From Adineta vaga (Eukaryota > Animalia > Rotifera), in contig CP075496.1 of assembly GCA_021613535.1 (NCBI GenBank), positions 186,001 to 250,000 of the forward strand: a stretch of DNA of 64,000 bases. Reading direction: 5' to 3'. The notes under the pieces were generated by a model. The model saw only the letters and a list, made by a program, of their open reading frames with translations, did no database searches and was not told where the DNA came from. Position numbers and translations under genes: made by a program. This document shows positions 63,301 through 64,000 of this stretch, piece after piece (the first letter of the stretch is position 1; every line of letters begins with the position of its first letter).

Positions 63301-64000
63301 GGTATTTTAGTATGGTCGTTGCTGATTTTAATAATGATAAACTACTTGATATTGCATTAACTAGTGAGAATAGAGCGTTTATCTACATGGTATTTGGAAA
63401 TGGGAATGGAACATTCAGATCATTAACAACATTCTATATGGGAAATACTACAAATCTTAGAGGAATTGTTGCTTATGACTTTAATGGTGATAATAATACA
63501 GATATTGCTGTTTCTGCTCCTGGTTTTAATATTATCATTGTATTATTGGGTGATGGAAATGGAACATTTCCTAACAAGACAACATATTATGCTGGACGAA
63601 ATGCTAATCCATCATCAGTTGATTTGGGAGATTTTAATAATGATGGTTTTATGGACATTTATTACAATAATATTGTCACCAAAAGTATTGGTGTTTTATT
63701 AGGTAGAAATGATGGAACATTTCAAGATCAGAAGGCATCTTTTGCTGGTGGTTATTATCAACCATCTTATATTGCTACAGGTGATTTTAATGGAGATCAA
63801 CGAGCAGATGTTGCAGTTTCTTATAGTGGTGGAAACAGAATTGGAGTGCTTCTAGGATATGGTAATGGAACTATGGGTCCAGTACAAAAATTTCCTACTG
63901 GAAATAAAACATATTATATTCGAATTGCTGCAAGTGATTTTAATAATGATGGAATTTCAGATATTGTCGTGAATCCTACTACAACATCTGTTATATATGT
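57360..64000 (+). CDS. Three tandem [TM - Cys-rich ectodomain - TM] units + extra TM + Thr stalk + FG-GAP/VCBS repeats (runs off the window; frameshifted)
   Basis: Same unit motifs as the 28789 gene three times (GGL-TM2 near 58820, 61215, 62535); from ~63150 GDFNGDxxxDIA...VLLGxGNGTF repeats; apparent frameshifts near 60925, 61070 and 63145. Confidence 0.78.

Overview
AT-rich eukaryotic genomic DNA with many short (about 45-70 nt) GT-AG introns. The gene content (ART/TPR, NHL propellers, intronless rhodopsin-like GPCRs, PKD1/REJ-like, FG-GAP, DUF4062-NACHT) points to a bdelloid rotifer such as Adineta; this is inferred, not checked. The window is a fast-evolving defence/stress/sensory region with about 19 genes or pseudogenes, several frameshifted, plus hAT and Helitron-like remnants. 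Main observations: (1) about 18-20 dispersed, intergenic palindromes built from telomere-like TGTGGG/TGAGGG repeats, always G-arm, spacer, C-arm, roughly one per intergenic interval and twice at rearrangement breakpoints; (2) an ADP-ribosyltransferase-LRR-intermediate-filament fusion gene; (3) two genes each made of exactly three tandem 2-TM/Cys-rich-ectodomain units, possibly a trimeric channel in a single chain; (4) four metallothionein genes in two palindromic cassettes with an inverted core and signs of gene conversion. Exon models were read by eye.
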